Source: Camelus ferus (Eukaryota). From it: 64,000 nt of DNA. Positions 52,601 to 64,000 of the stretch are shown here, piece by piece. A program made the position numbers and the translations under genes. The stretch lies in the NCBI RefSeq assembly GCF_009834535.1, contig NC_045697.1, forward strand, positions 11,596,001 to 11,660,000, in the 5' to 3' direction. The notes below the pieces were generated by a model. It saw only the letters and a list, made by a program, of their open reading frames with translations, was not told the DNA's origin and did no database searches. The first letter of the stretch is position 1. The number at the start of each line of letters is the position of its first letter.

Positions 52601-53085
52601 CTCAGCATACATGCATCCCACCCACACCTTGCTAGGCAACCAGCAGCACTGGAAAAAAAAGCACAAGTTTAATGCCGCCAATGGACCTCTGTTCTTCCCT
52701 GCACCATTTTAGGTAACAAAGAAATTAGTAGCCACCACATGCATTCCCTGGGTCTAAGCCTGACATGTGTCATTTTATAATAACACGCAAAAAATATCAA
52801 CTGAAAACCCAACATCTTGGGAACAATAAACTAAGGAAAAATATATTTAATATCACAATGATCTACTCCACTGTGACACATTAAGATATTTTTAAGGTCC
52901 ATTTCAAGCTTCCATCTGGGAAGAAGTATCTTCCCAGACATAGTGGAGAAGAGAAAACAGAGACCCCAACCAAATCAGATCCTCTTGTAAATAAGGAGTA
53001 AGCTACTCCACAGTGAGAGAAGTCATCTTCTATAAATACGCGTGAACCCACGGAGGCTGGTCCTTCCTAGGCATCGTTAACATGG

Positions 53086-53456
53086 TGTCTCAGCTCAGGC
53101 TGCTATAACAAATTGCCACAGACTGTAGCTTAAACAATGAACATTTATTTCTCACAGTTCTGGAGGTTGGGAAGTCCAAGATTAGGGTGCAGGCTGATGG
53201 GGTATCTGATGAGAGCCCTCTTCCTGATTTACAGATGTCATCTTCTCATTGTATCCTCACATGGTGGAGAGCAGAGAGAGAGAGAGAAATGGAGAGAGAG
53301 AGAGAGCTCTCCTGTCCCCTCCAACCCCAGTCTTGTGGGTGCCATAATTGTGACCCAATTACCTCCCAAAGACCCCCACCCCCTAATACTATCACATTAG
53401 GGGTTAGGATCTTAACATCTGAATTCTGAGAGGACACAAACGTTCAGTCCGTAATG
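53086..53456 (-). mobile_element. Complete MLT1A/A0-like solo LTR with 5-bp TSD
   Basis: tgtctcagctcaggctgctataacaaa...ggacacaaacgttcagtccgtaatg; TSD CATGG at 53081-53085 and 53457-53461; internal (GA)n. Confidence 0.9.
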
Positions 53457-54105
53457 CATGGTCTTTACAACTACTCTACTTCCTGTAGATTTTTTTAAAT
53501 CTTGTTTATTTGTGAGAATTCCAGATCAAAGAGGTTAAGGAATATGCCTAAAGTTGCATCACAAATTAGTCACCAAGCAGGAAGAAGAAATTCAAACCTG
53601 GATCTGCTGGACTCTAAATCCTAACTTCTTGTCCTTACATGGAGCTATATCCTGAATGTCAGTCCCTTTAGAATCTACTCCATGTCATCACTCCCATCTG
53701 ACCTCTCCTTTTTGAACTATGTTCTTATTCTACCCTAAATTCTCTGATTTGCCAAGATTTATCGAGTGTTTGCAATGTGCTAAGTCCTGTTCTGAATGAT
53801 TCACAAGCACAGTCTCACTTGATTTTCACAACAGCCTAATGAAGTGAGCAGAACTGGTCCTCAGAATGGGAACAGCCATCCTGATTGTTTAGAGACTGCA
53901 TGCATCCTGGCTGGTCAGTGCCACACCAACAGCTGTGAACTAGCTTTAATACCACTCCTGGTGCAGCCTGCCTGCCCCTGCACCACACGTAATAATCACA
54001 TAAATGTGAAATGTGTTTTCATTCTCTGTGCTTTCACTCATGCTAGTCTTGACCTGACTTTCCATTTCTCTACCAATGGAAAAAGTTTCTAATAAGTGTC
54101 TTGGC

Positions 54106-54343
54106 CAGAGAACACAAACTTATGGTTACCAAGGGGGAAGGGAGGTGGGGAGAGATAAATTGGGAGTTCAGGATTTGTAGATACTAAGTACTATATATAT
54201 AATAAAAAACAAGGTCCTATTGTATAGCACAGGGAATTATATTCAATAACTTGTAATGGCCTATACTGAAAAAGAATATGAAAAAGAATATGTGTGTGTG
54301 TATATATAGAGAGAGATAACTTAAAAATGAAAAAAGATTAAAA
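54106..54343 (+). mobile_element. Short L1 3' UTR insertion with TSD
   Basis: acaaacttatggttaccaagggg...gtatagcacagggaattatattcaa; TSD aataa(t)gtgtcttggc at 54091-54105 and 54344-54359. Confidence 0.9.
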
Positions 54344-55181
54344 AATAATGTGTCTTGGCTCAGTTTTAATGCCATCTTCCAAAAGAAGCCATCTCCCATC
54401 CCTCCGCCAGAATTAATCACCTTAAACTACAAATGCACATTGCTTTTACCTCCAGTGAACAATTTCTTCTTTCTGGGTTTTTTTTTTTTTTCATTTGTTA
54501 TTTATTTATCCATCTCCATTAAGGACTAGAAGTTCTTTGACTCATGTCTGCATCCCCGATGGTACCCAACCAAACACACTGAAGAGAGGATCATGAAGAG
54601 AGGTGGTGAGCAGGGGAGAAGGGATGGTCCAGAGCTCCCAGTGGAGGATGAGATGGGAGAGACACTAGACAGAGCCCAGCAAGGAGCTCTGGTTGGGCAG
54701 TGTCACAATATCCTGTGTGTCCTGCATCAGGATGAAATTGGGGCTTTACTCTCCCATGTGAACCCTAATTAGCTGGATGACTTTAATTAAGTTGGTTTCC
54801 CTCTCTGGGTTTCAGTATCCTTGCTTGTCAAATGAAGAAAATGTGATAAATCTCAAGGGGCAACTCCAACCCTGAATTCCGTGAATCTATGTCCCACCTC
54901 CAGACACATCACCATCACCCCTAAGATTGCAGTGATCACAGTGTGATGTCACTGCCTGGCTCCTCCCTCAAACTTTGAGCTCCTCCAGAAGTACTGTGCA
55001 CTGGGGATTGTGACTACTGCCTCCTTTGCACTTGCCATCAGACCTAGCATTATTTTACTGAATGAATGAATGAATGACCTTAAAGAACATAGAATTCTGG
55101 CAGACCCAGAGCAGAAATGTGGGTGCAGATAGAATTTGTGTAGCAGGGATGTGAGTGGCTTCTGGTGAGAGTGGATGTGAA

Positions 55182-55312
55182 CAGGCTGCCCATATGTCCC
55201 AGTTCGCCGGGACAGTTTCAGTTTTCAACTGTTGTCCTGGTGTAATTATTAAAACATCTCCTTTCAGTCTTACAAGTGTCCCCATTGGATGATAAATTAA
55301 ATGATCACCTTG
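55182..55312. mobile_element. MER94-like hAT-Blackjack MITE
   Basis: caggctgcccatatgtcccagttcgccgggacag...tgtccccattggatgataaattaaatgatcaccttg with degenerate TIRs. Confidence 0.75.
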
Positions 55313-55369
55313 GAAATGAGGGAACCCGTAGCCCTCAGTACAGACTATGTACCAGTTGCCTTGACCAGC

Positions 55370-55565
55370 TCTTTCCATATATGTTCTTCGTCAGTCTACC
55401 TCAAAACCCTTAATGTGGGTATCGATACCCCCATTTTACAGATAAAGACACTGAGGCTCAGGAAGCTTATATAAATGGCTGAAAACCCCAGAGCCACTAC
55501 TAAGCAGAGGCTAGATTCCCATCCTGGACTGCCTGGATTCCAAATCCTGCTCTCTGTTCTGCCGC
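55370..55565 (-). mobile_element. MIR
   Basis: cccattttacagataaagacactgaggctcagg...ctgcctggattccaaatcc. Confidence 0.75.
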
Positions 55566-56339
55566 ATGGTCGGATCGGAGGGCAGTGAAGAATGGAAAGG
55601 GTCATGGTTCTCTAGACTCAGGGTGAGATTTCTTCCCTTCTCATCTCTCTTGTTACATCAACTCCTAATTTTTCTTTGCTGGGTCCTGTTCACTCTCCAA
55701 ATCCCAGGACAGCCATAGTTTCCATTTTGGTGGGGTAGGCACATCTCTCCCCTTTCTATCACTCTTCCTCTACCTTCAGGAACAAAGTCTGTAAGAGGAA
55801 ATTTGCTTGTAACTTAGAAGGAAGGAACCACAAACTCCTTGAGCATAACTAGTCTGGAGTCGGTCTTCACAGCACAAGAGAGGATGTGTCCACAGCTGAC
55901 CCAGAGGCAGCCCAGCCCCCGGGCTTCTACCCAGACACTGCTGTGACGGAGAAGGATGTGGGCTTTTTGAGTCTTCTTGCCTTCGTTTGAGTCCTGATCA
56001 GCCCCCTCCAACTATTTGATGTTGAGCTAATTATTTAACCCCTCATAACCTCAGTTTCTTCATCTATAACAACCCATTGTCACCAGTTGTCACAAGAAGA
56101 GCAGCCGCTGCTTGGGAGAGACAGTGTAGGCTAGAGCTTAGGGTCTTAAGACCTCATCTCTCCATAAACTAGATCCTCTGGGCACCCTCTTTCAGCTTTT
56201 TATCCTCCGATGCATCCTCTGGACAGAACCAGAGGACCGAACACCAAAGCCCCCACTCCGTTCTCTGCACGCCCACCACTCACTGCCACCCTCTCAGTCT
56301 GAGTTCACTGCAATGGTTTCTACTTCGCCCTTTCCCCTT

Positions 56340-56890
56340 CCCTCCACCAATTTATTCTCCACTCTGATTCCAGATGGATTTCTTTTAAAGTGCAAATCTA
56401 TTCATATCACTTGACTACTTAAAATTCTTCTGTCGTTTCCTCTTGCCCTCAGAATCAGTTCAAACTCCTTGGAGAGAATTACATGGCGGGGGCGCAGCGC
56501 TGCCCTCACCCCACCACTTCCTGCTCTCCAGCCGCACTGAACATCTCTGGGTTCCATTAGGGGACCACTCTCTCTCTTGCCTCAGGATTCTCACGATGCT
56601 TTTCTCTGATCCTCAAGGCCCTTCTCTCTTGCCCATCCTCCACCCTACTCACTCTGCAGCTATTTAACTCTTTCATGTCATTTAAGTCTCAGCCTGAGCC
56701 TTACTTTAAAAGATGAGCCTGTACTCACCCAGTCACCCCTTACAGGTGTCCAAGCCCCTTGCATTTCTACCCTCGTAAAATTCAGTCCACTCGGAATGAT
56801 TGATTCAAGGGCTCTCTACAGTACCAGACTGGAAACCCCCCAGGAGGAGGGACCACATCTGATTTGCATCCCCGCTATATCCCTGCACAA
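56340..56890 (+). mobile_element. L2 fragment
   Basis: ttctccactctg...aaagtgcaaatctattcatatcacttgactacttaaaattcttc...ttgccctcagaatcagttcaaactcctt. Confidence 0.65.
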
Positions 56891-57859
56891 CAGGGAACTG
56901 GAGGCAAGACCAAAATTCCACATATGCACCGATTCACTCATCACTCATTCATCAGTTCTTTCCATTGTGGTGGGGTTGGCATTTCTCTCCTCTTTCTGTC
57001 ACCTTTTCTCTGTTACCCTCAGTGACTAAGTTTGTGAGAGAGGACTGTGCCTTCTGCTCAGAGTAGAGAGACTCACAAATTCATTAGGTGAACTGCACAG
57101 CAGGAGTTGACCCTCACAGCGCAAGAGGTGACATGCCTTAGAGGCCCTCTGCCCTGAATCCAAGCCTGAGTGAGGACCTCTTCCCTTTCCCTTCCAATGG
57201 CAGGATATGGAGCCCCTCACCCTGCCCCCAACCCCTTCCCAGCAGTGGGACCAGGTGAAGCAAGGAGGGACTAACAATCCAAATTTAAGGCAAGACACTG
57301 GGAGAAGGTAGAAGCTTAAAGAAAGAAGAAACAGGATGAAAATGGCCAAGAGGGTGTGTGGGAGAAGAGGGGAGAAAAAGGAAGACTTTCTGGATGGGTT
57401 CAGAGAGATCAAGACTAAATCTTCCCAACTTTAACTGGACTAGTGAAGCCATTGGAACCCCTACCATCCTGCGGATTCTAGACCATTTGGAATATATGTA
57501 TTTCTTCAGCCTGCAGTAAAGAACTGATTAAACATTTGCCAAAATTCCCTGGATTATTCTTGTAAATGGCTGATTTTTTTGTATGCGATTCTCCTTCGGC
57601 AAACACTTTTGGCTATCCACCAGAACCCATCTCTTCCTTCTTCTGTAGGAATGGGGTTTAAGCAGTGGTATTGCCAGGCTATGACTGCATTTCCAGGCTC
57701 CTGTACAGCTGGCTACGTCTACTGAGTGTATGATTAACTTTGGACCAATGGGATGCCAATAGCAACTCTGCACCGTCTCCAAGCCACTTGCCCTGCAGTT
57801 CCTCTATTTCCCATCCCATGAGTTGCATCACAGAGGGGCCGTGCAGATGAGGACAAAGC

Positions 57860-58061
57860 CCTAAGGAATGCAGAGCAATAACAATAAAAAGAAAGGACCA
57901 GGGTCCTCAAATGGCCACACAAAGCAGAGCTGGTCCCCAGCCTCTACTGCTCACCCTGGGGACATTCCATGAGAGGACAGTAAACTTGTCTTCCTTATGT
58001 CATTGTATCTGGGGGGATCATATTCTTGGTTACAGCTGGTTAGCCTTTACCCTAATTAATA
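57860..58061 (+). mobile_element. Old MaLR LTR 3' part (MLT1H/J-like)
   Basis: gaaaggaccagggtcctc...catgagaggacagtaaacttgtctt...ggttacagctggttagcctttaccctaattaata. Confidence 0.55.
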
Positions 58062-59322
58062 GAGTTTGGGGTATTTTTTTCCCACGTCAAATGTACAGTG
58101 CTAGGTTTGCAGTGGTTAGCTTTGAGAAACAACAGAGAGCTTTTGGAATATACATTGTCTCTTAATACCACACAGCAATTCTAACAGTGTTCCCTTGGGA
58201 CTCACTGAACCAGGCAAAGTCATGCACATTGAGTATCAGGCACATTGGATGGAGATACATTTTGAAGTTCCTAGAAAAATATCGCCATATGCAAATCTTG
58301 TATCTGAATATGTTGTAGCACAGTTGATAGGCAATAACATTCAAGGTTCAACTCAAATTCTGCCTCCCTCAGAAAGTCTTCCCTGAACTCTCCCTACGGC
58401 TCTAATCAGTCTCTCTTTGCTCAGCTCTCCCCTGCTATTGGTCTCTCTAAGTATCTTCAACCTGCCTAGAGTAGGATCCAGGTACCACTTTTCTCCTCTG
58501 CTGGGTTGTGAACTGCTACATCTTTACTTTGTCTCATTACTCCACTTATTGAGGGTCTATTATGTGCCAGATACTGTGCTACGTGTTAGGGATAAAGAGG
58601 TGAATGAGACACACACCTGTCCTCAGAGTCTGGAAGAGGGAGCGAGATACACAGGCCAGAAATGACAACACGAGGACATAGAAGACAAAGAACAACTAAT
58701 TCCCTGGGAGAGATTCAGAAGTCTTCCTGGAAGATGGGTTATTTGATTAGTTTGTAAAATCTCATCCAAACACCTATCACAGTTACCTGTATATTAACCA
58801 ATCAGTTAAGTTATTAATAAAATGACATTAACACAACACATTTATGTGTATTATTCCATTTGATCTACAAAATCAGCTCTGAAAGATGGGTGCTAACATG
58901 ACTCTGTCTTTATAGATGAAAAAATTGAGCTTTGCAACGTTTGGCCCTCTCAAGATCACAAAATGAGTGAATGGATTTCAGTGAAACACTTTGGATTTAA
59001 AACTGTGTGATTTTCCTATCCCTGCTCCCTCTTGGCCGAGCATCTTGGAGACGGGTCGCTCATGTCAGTGGTTTGTCTGGCTTTGGTTTACCATCTCCCT
59101 GAAAGGCTGGCTTCCACCTCCACCCCTAAGCTCCATGCAGTACAATTTCAGGAGAAAGATGCCTTTTGTCTGCCTCCCATGCCAATGACTGACCTAAATT
59201 CCCGTAATATCAGTACCTTGGAACCTGGATAATTGAGAGAGGGGATCCAAAAAACTAATGACCCCCCCCCAATTAAGCTGTTATGGATTCAAATTTCCCA
59301 GAGCAATTCTTCCCAGAATCTA

Positions 59323-59412
59323 TTTATTTTGTGGGAGAGGTAATTAAGGGATTGAATCCAGGACCTCCTTCATGCTAAGCATGTGCTCTACCACGTGAGA
59401 TACACCCTCCCC
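59323..59412 (-). mobile_element. tRNA-derived SINE (camelid vic-1-like), internally deleted
   Basis: Reverse reads ggggagggtgtatctcacgtggtagagcacatgcttagcatgaagg...gtcctggattcaatccc; 16-bp TSD with 2 mismatches at 59307-59322 and 59413-59428. Confidence 0.88.
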
Positions 59413-59964
59413 TTCTCCCCCGAATCTACCTTATTAGAATGATGAAAGCATTATTGAAAGTGGTGTTAAAAATACGAGAACTAAAACTACATATGAACTA
59501 AGAATAGACGAACCTATAGGAAGCCAAATACATTCCAAGGACAGTGTGCTTACCTAATCAAAAGGCAAAGAAGAGTGGCTATAATTCAGAACAAGTAAGC
59601 AGCCATAGGACCACTAACCATGTTAAGGGGGAGGGCATCTCAAGCTAAGGTGATACACGGTATTTCGCTAGTTAAAAGAAAAGCGAAGCATGTTGCATAC
59701 TTGGAATTTATCATTTGATTACAAATATGTTTTTTTAAAGTATGCATAAAAATAAATATTTCTCAGATTTCACCAAGATGTTGACATCTTAAAAAATGGA
59801 CACTTTTCTGTTTCTTGAAATTTTTTATGTATGTGTTTTATTTTTACCCAGAGAGAGAGGGTGGAGAGACAAAGAGGTATTGAAGTATCCTGGGCAACAT
59901 TAAAGAGTAAGGGATGGAGAAAGAAGTGTATAAACCAAATAAAGAGCAGAAGAATGTCATCAGA

Positions 59965-60275
59965 AAAGAAAGCCTTAATCTTTATGCCAAGACGAAGGCT
60001 GTCTGGTGAATCCTACAGAAGCCTTCTCAGAATAATGTTCTTAAATACATAAAATAAAATACATAAGCTTACAAAAGAAACCGATGATAGTAAAATACAG
60101 TTACCAAAACATTCAAAATCACAAATTTGAGATTAAGTAATGTACATGCTTCTTTACTGAAACCTTAAATAATAAATAGTAGGCTTAAGTGAAGTGGTAA
60201 AGAAGCAAAAATGATATTTCAGGATACCTGCCACAATGGTAACAGAATATGAAAGTATTTCTAATGACAAAGTCA
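59965..60275. mobile_element. hAT-Charlie element (MER119-like), cut off at the L1 junction
   Basis: gtctggtgaatcctac...ttctcagaataatgttcttaaatacataaaataaaatacataagcttacaaaagaaacc...tgacaaagtca. Confidence 0.6.
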
Positions 60276-61663
60276 ACAATGGAGTAAAGACTGTCTCTCC
60301 AGCAAGAATGTTGGGAAAACTGGACAGCTGCATGTAAATCAATGAAGTTAGAACACTCCCTCACATCATACACAAAAATAAACTCAAAATGGCTTAAAGA
60401 CTTAAACATAAGACAAGACACTTTAAACCTCTTAAAAGAAAACATAGGCAAAACATTCTCTGACATAAATCTTAGCAATGTTCTCCTAGGGCAGTCTACC
60501 CAGGCAAAAGAAATAAAAGCAAAAATTCACAAACGGGACCTAATTAAACTCACAATTTTTTGCACAGCAAAGGAAACCATAAGAAAAACAAAAAGACAAC
60601 CTATGGAATGAGAAAAAATATTTGCAAAAGATGAGGCAGACAAAGGCTTAATTTCCAGAATATATAAATAGCTCATACAGCTTAATAAGAAAAGAAAAAA
60701 AAAAACCTAATCCAAAAATGGGCAGAAGACCTAAACAAGCAATTCCCAATGAAAACATACAAATGGCCAATGGGCACATGAAAAAATGCTCAGTATTGCT
60801 AATTATCAGAGATGAAAATCAAAACAACAATGAGGTGTCACCTCACATCAGTCAGAATGGCCATTATTCAAAAGTCCACAAACGATAAATGCTGGAAAGG
60901 GTGTGGAGGAAAGGGAACAGTCCTACACTGTTGGTGGGAATGTAGTTTGGTGCAGCAAGTATGGAAAACAGTATGGAGATTCCTCAAAAGACTAAAAAGA
61001 GACTTAAACTATATGATCCAGCAATATCTCAATCCTAGGCATATATCCAGAGGGAACCTTAATTCAAAAAGATACATGCACCCCAGTGTTCACAGCAGCA
61101 CTATTTACAATAGCCAAGACATGGAAACAACCTAAATGTCCATCGACAGATGACTGGATAAAGAAGTTGCAGATATTTATATAATGGAATACTACTCAGC
61201 CATAAAAAAGAAAAATATCACCATTTGCAGCAACATGGATGGACCTGGAGATCATCATGCTAAGTGAAGTAAGCCAGAAAGAGAAAAACATATACGATAT
61301 GATATACTTATATGTGGAATGTAAAAAAAAAAAAGACACAAACGAAATTGTTTACAAAACAGAAACAGACTCACAGACATAGAAAACAAACTTATGGTTA
61401 CTAGGGAGGAAGGAAAGGGAGGGATAAATTGGGATTTTGGAATTTTCAGATATTAACTACTATATATAAAATAGATGAACAACAAGATCCTATTGTATAG
61501 TGTGGGGAACTATATTCAATAGCTTGTAATAACCTATAAGGAAAAAGAATATGAAAAAGAATATATATATGTATATAACTGAATCACTGTGCTATACAAC
61601 AGAAATTAACACAACATTGTAAACCGACTACATGTCAGTAAAAAAAATAAATAAATGAATAAA
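60276..61663 (+). mobile_element. Young lineage-specific 5'-truncated L1
   Basis: [27 protein letters not shown] (60342 ORF), [18 protein letters not shown] (60812 ORF), full 3' UTR and A-rich tail. Confidence 0.96.
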
Positions 61664-63681
61664 GAGTTCCAAGCTTATAGGTGTTTTTCAGACCCTAAGT
61701 GTCTATGATTTCAGAAGTAGAGACATCAAGCAGCTGCCTGGTACACAGAGTCAGGACAGATAGCATGAGGCAACTGCCCCCCACCAACCCGTGGCGGGAG
61801 GGGCCAGCAAGTCTGCTGTACAGGACAGGGAAGAAGGAAGAAGACCAGGGCCCTTACATTCTGAGAAGTGGATGAGGAACAGGGCAGGTGATGAAAGGTT
61901 TGAGGAGAATATCCTGTCTTGCCTTTTGTTCTTTCTGCTTTTTGCTTCCTTTACATTTGCACCTGACTGCTTCCCTGTTATATTCTCTAGGAGATGCTTT
62001 GGGTGGAGAAGAAAGACCCCTCAAATTCCAGGCAACTTTACTGAGCATTGACCCTCTACCCAGCACTGAGCCACCAAAGAGTGTGGGAGCTCGTCCTCGT
62101 CCCCAGAGAGCTCTGCTCATGCAGCAGAAAGTCACACATGCAGCTGGCTTTACAACAGAATGAGTTGTGCCTCTCTGCATGGATTCTGGATTCTCTGCTC
62201 TTTGGGCATCTACCGTGAGTCATATTAAGATATTTAAATGAGACCGTCTTGTGAAATGTCTTCAATCTGAAAGCAAATGTTTAAATTGTGGGGTCAGAGA
62301 AAGCCAAAGGCCCAAGAAATGAAATCAAAAATGCAAATTCCATTTAAAAATAACAAACAAAGCAATTGGTTAGGGAGGATTATGAAGACAAATGGAATCT
62401 CTTTATCTCATTGTTTTATTTATTTACTTATTTACATGGCCATCTTGGTGCAAGGCAGGCTCTGAGGGAGAATCTATGCCTCTGTAGGTGAACCTAGCAC
62501 AGGAAATGGACAGAGTAGGGGGCTCAACAGTATTTGCTGAATCCAAATTGATTTTCCTAAGAGCAAACGCCTCTCGCTCTTCCCCAGCTTTAATGCATCC
62601 TGCATTTTTGAGCCCAAGATGCAGGCTCAGCTTGAGGCTACAGAGAGAACAAGATCAGGGTTAATTAGGAACAGGCAAAATTCCCACAGTGACAGGAGTC
62701 AGGACTTTTGAGGACAAGCCCCTAGTGGTCATTACTCCAAAGTCCTTATTCCATGGAAGAGGGAACAGGAGCCCCTGGGAAAGCACAGGGACTCTCCCAC
62801 TGGCTTGGAGGGAGGAGGGAAGAATTTAATCAGTGAAGTCATCCAGGTTTCTTTGGGAACTTTAGATCCATTTCAAAGTGTAGAATGTTTACCTGGATTT
62901 TAAGATAAGAGCAAATCAGGGTACAACACCATGAGTCCTCTCTCCCAGGTCTGCATTTCCTTCTCCCGCTGGTTTGGTAGCAAAAGAGCACATGAGACAG
63001 TGACAATAATAACCACTTGGGCAATCAGCAGGGAGTTTCCCCCTGGAAGGGGCTGGGGAACAGGCTGCAGAGACGCAGATCCTATCGAACCAAGATTACT
63101 TGCTGAATCAATGGTATCACTAGCAGGAGTCCCTGGAAGGAAGCTGCCCGCTGCAGAGCTGGCATTTCATCTGTCTCAGAGGGCCCCAGGTGCGCTTGTA
63201 AAGAAGTCAGACCCAAAGAGCAAAGGACCAGAAAAAGAGGGGGCTCGCCCAGCCCAAGCAAGGGGGAGGGTGAAACCAAGGAGCAAACTCTGCTGGTAGG
63301 AGTCCCAGCAGCAGCCAGGCCAGGCGAGGGGACTGTCAGGGCTGTCACCCAAAGGAAGACTCAGACCCTGCCACCAGCAGCACCTCTGCGAACACCAGGT
63401 CTGACCCTAGAAGAGCGACGGATGTCAGGTGTTGTGCCCCCCAGTGCTGTGGGAAAAGGGGGAGACAGCAGTCTTGGGGGTGTGGGGCCGGTGCTGGGGC
63501 AGCTCTTCCCTGAAGAGGTCTAATAGCCCACAGGCAGGATGAGGCTGCAGTAAGCTGTGGCCTGTGCTAGGCAGTTTGGGCTTTCTCCGGAGGGCAATGG
63601 GGAGCCATGGTGGGTTCAAAACATGGGAGTCTGATGGTTTGAGGTGACTTCTCTGGAGGTTGTACGGACAGCAGGTTAGCA

Positions 63682-63827
63682 CAGTGGGTCTCCAAGTGCA
63701 GTCAGTCCCCAACCAGCAGTATCGTCAACACCTGAGAACCTGGGGGCATGCAAGTTCTCAGGCCCAGGGAATCAGAATCGGAGCAGGGGCTCAACAGCCT
63801 CTGTTTTAAGGAGTGTGGGAAGCACTG
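63682..63827. mobile_element. MER5A-like hAT MITE inside an antisense L2 fragment (~63560-63900)
   Basis: cagtgggtctccaagtg...ccagcagtatcgtcaacacctgagaac...atgcaagttctcaggccc...gggaagcactg. Confidence 0.7.
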
Positions 63828-64000
63828 GGGCCGGGGCATCCATTAGGTACTGCTGCAAGGACCCTAGAGAGTGCTGACGGGAACTGAAGGTGGCAGCGGT
63901 GGTCCCTGAAAAGGGAGGGGGTGAGTAGCATTAGGAGGTCCCGGTGACACAGGGAGAGAGGGCAGAGGCGGCACAGGGAAATTCACAGGCTCCTTGTTCC

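Noticed and set aside
1..64000. Short ORFs (60-128 aa) in the track as host genes
   Set aside because: No recognisable domains; many begin at TTG/GTG or lie inside LTR, L2 or MIR relics; their number is in line with chance in mammalian non-coding DNA
1..64000. CRISPR array, prokaryotic operon, NUMT or non-retroviral endogenous viral element
   Set aside because: No regularly spaced repeats, no long gene-dense ORFs, and no mitochondrial or viral motifs recognised; highly decayed cases would need tBLASTn to exclude

Overview
Mammalian nuclear DNA, most likely camelid (camel/alpaca/llama/vicuna). The basis is three copies of a tRNA-derived SINE resembling the camelid vic-1 type, young lineage-specific L1s, and no Alu, B1/B2, SINEC, PRE-1, Bov-A or BovB seen. 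I recognise no host protein-coding exon, so the window reads as intergenic or deep-intronic. Every ORF with recognisable homology is a retroelement relic (L1 ORF2 endonuclease, RT and CCHC pieces; a CR1 pre-RT motif); the other short ORFs look like chance. The window is a layered transposon fossil record: L2, MIR, CR1/L3, L1M, MaLR/ERVL LTRs, hAT and Tigger MITEs, young L1s and SINEs, with several nested insertions and readable target-site duplications (TSDs). Repeat-free islands between them may be regulatory. I found no convincing new biological system. The best leads are a MER53 hairpin carrying a miR-1302-like sequence, an ancient CR1 fragment with a readable protein motif, a CpG micro-cluster, a TF-motif cluster, an unassigned LTR-like block and a micro-exon candidate. 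Repeat family names come from recalled consensus sequences and need RepeatMasker/Dfam confirmation; boundaries of old elements are approximate.
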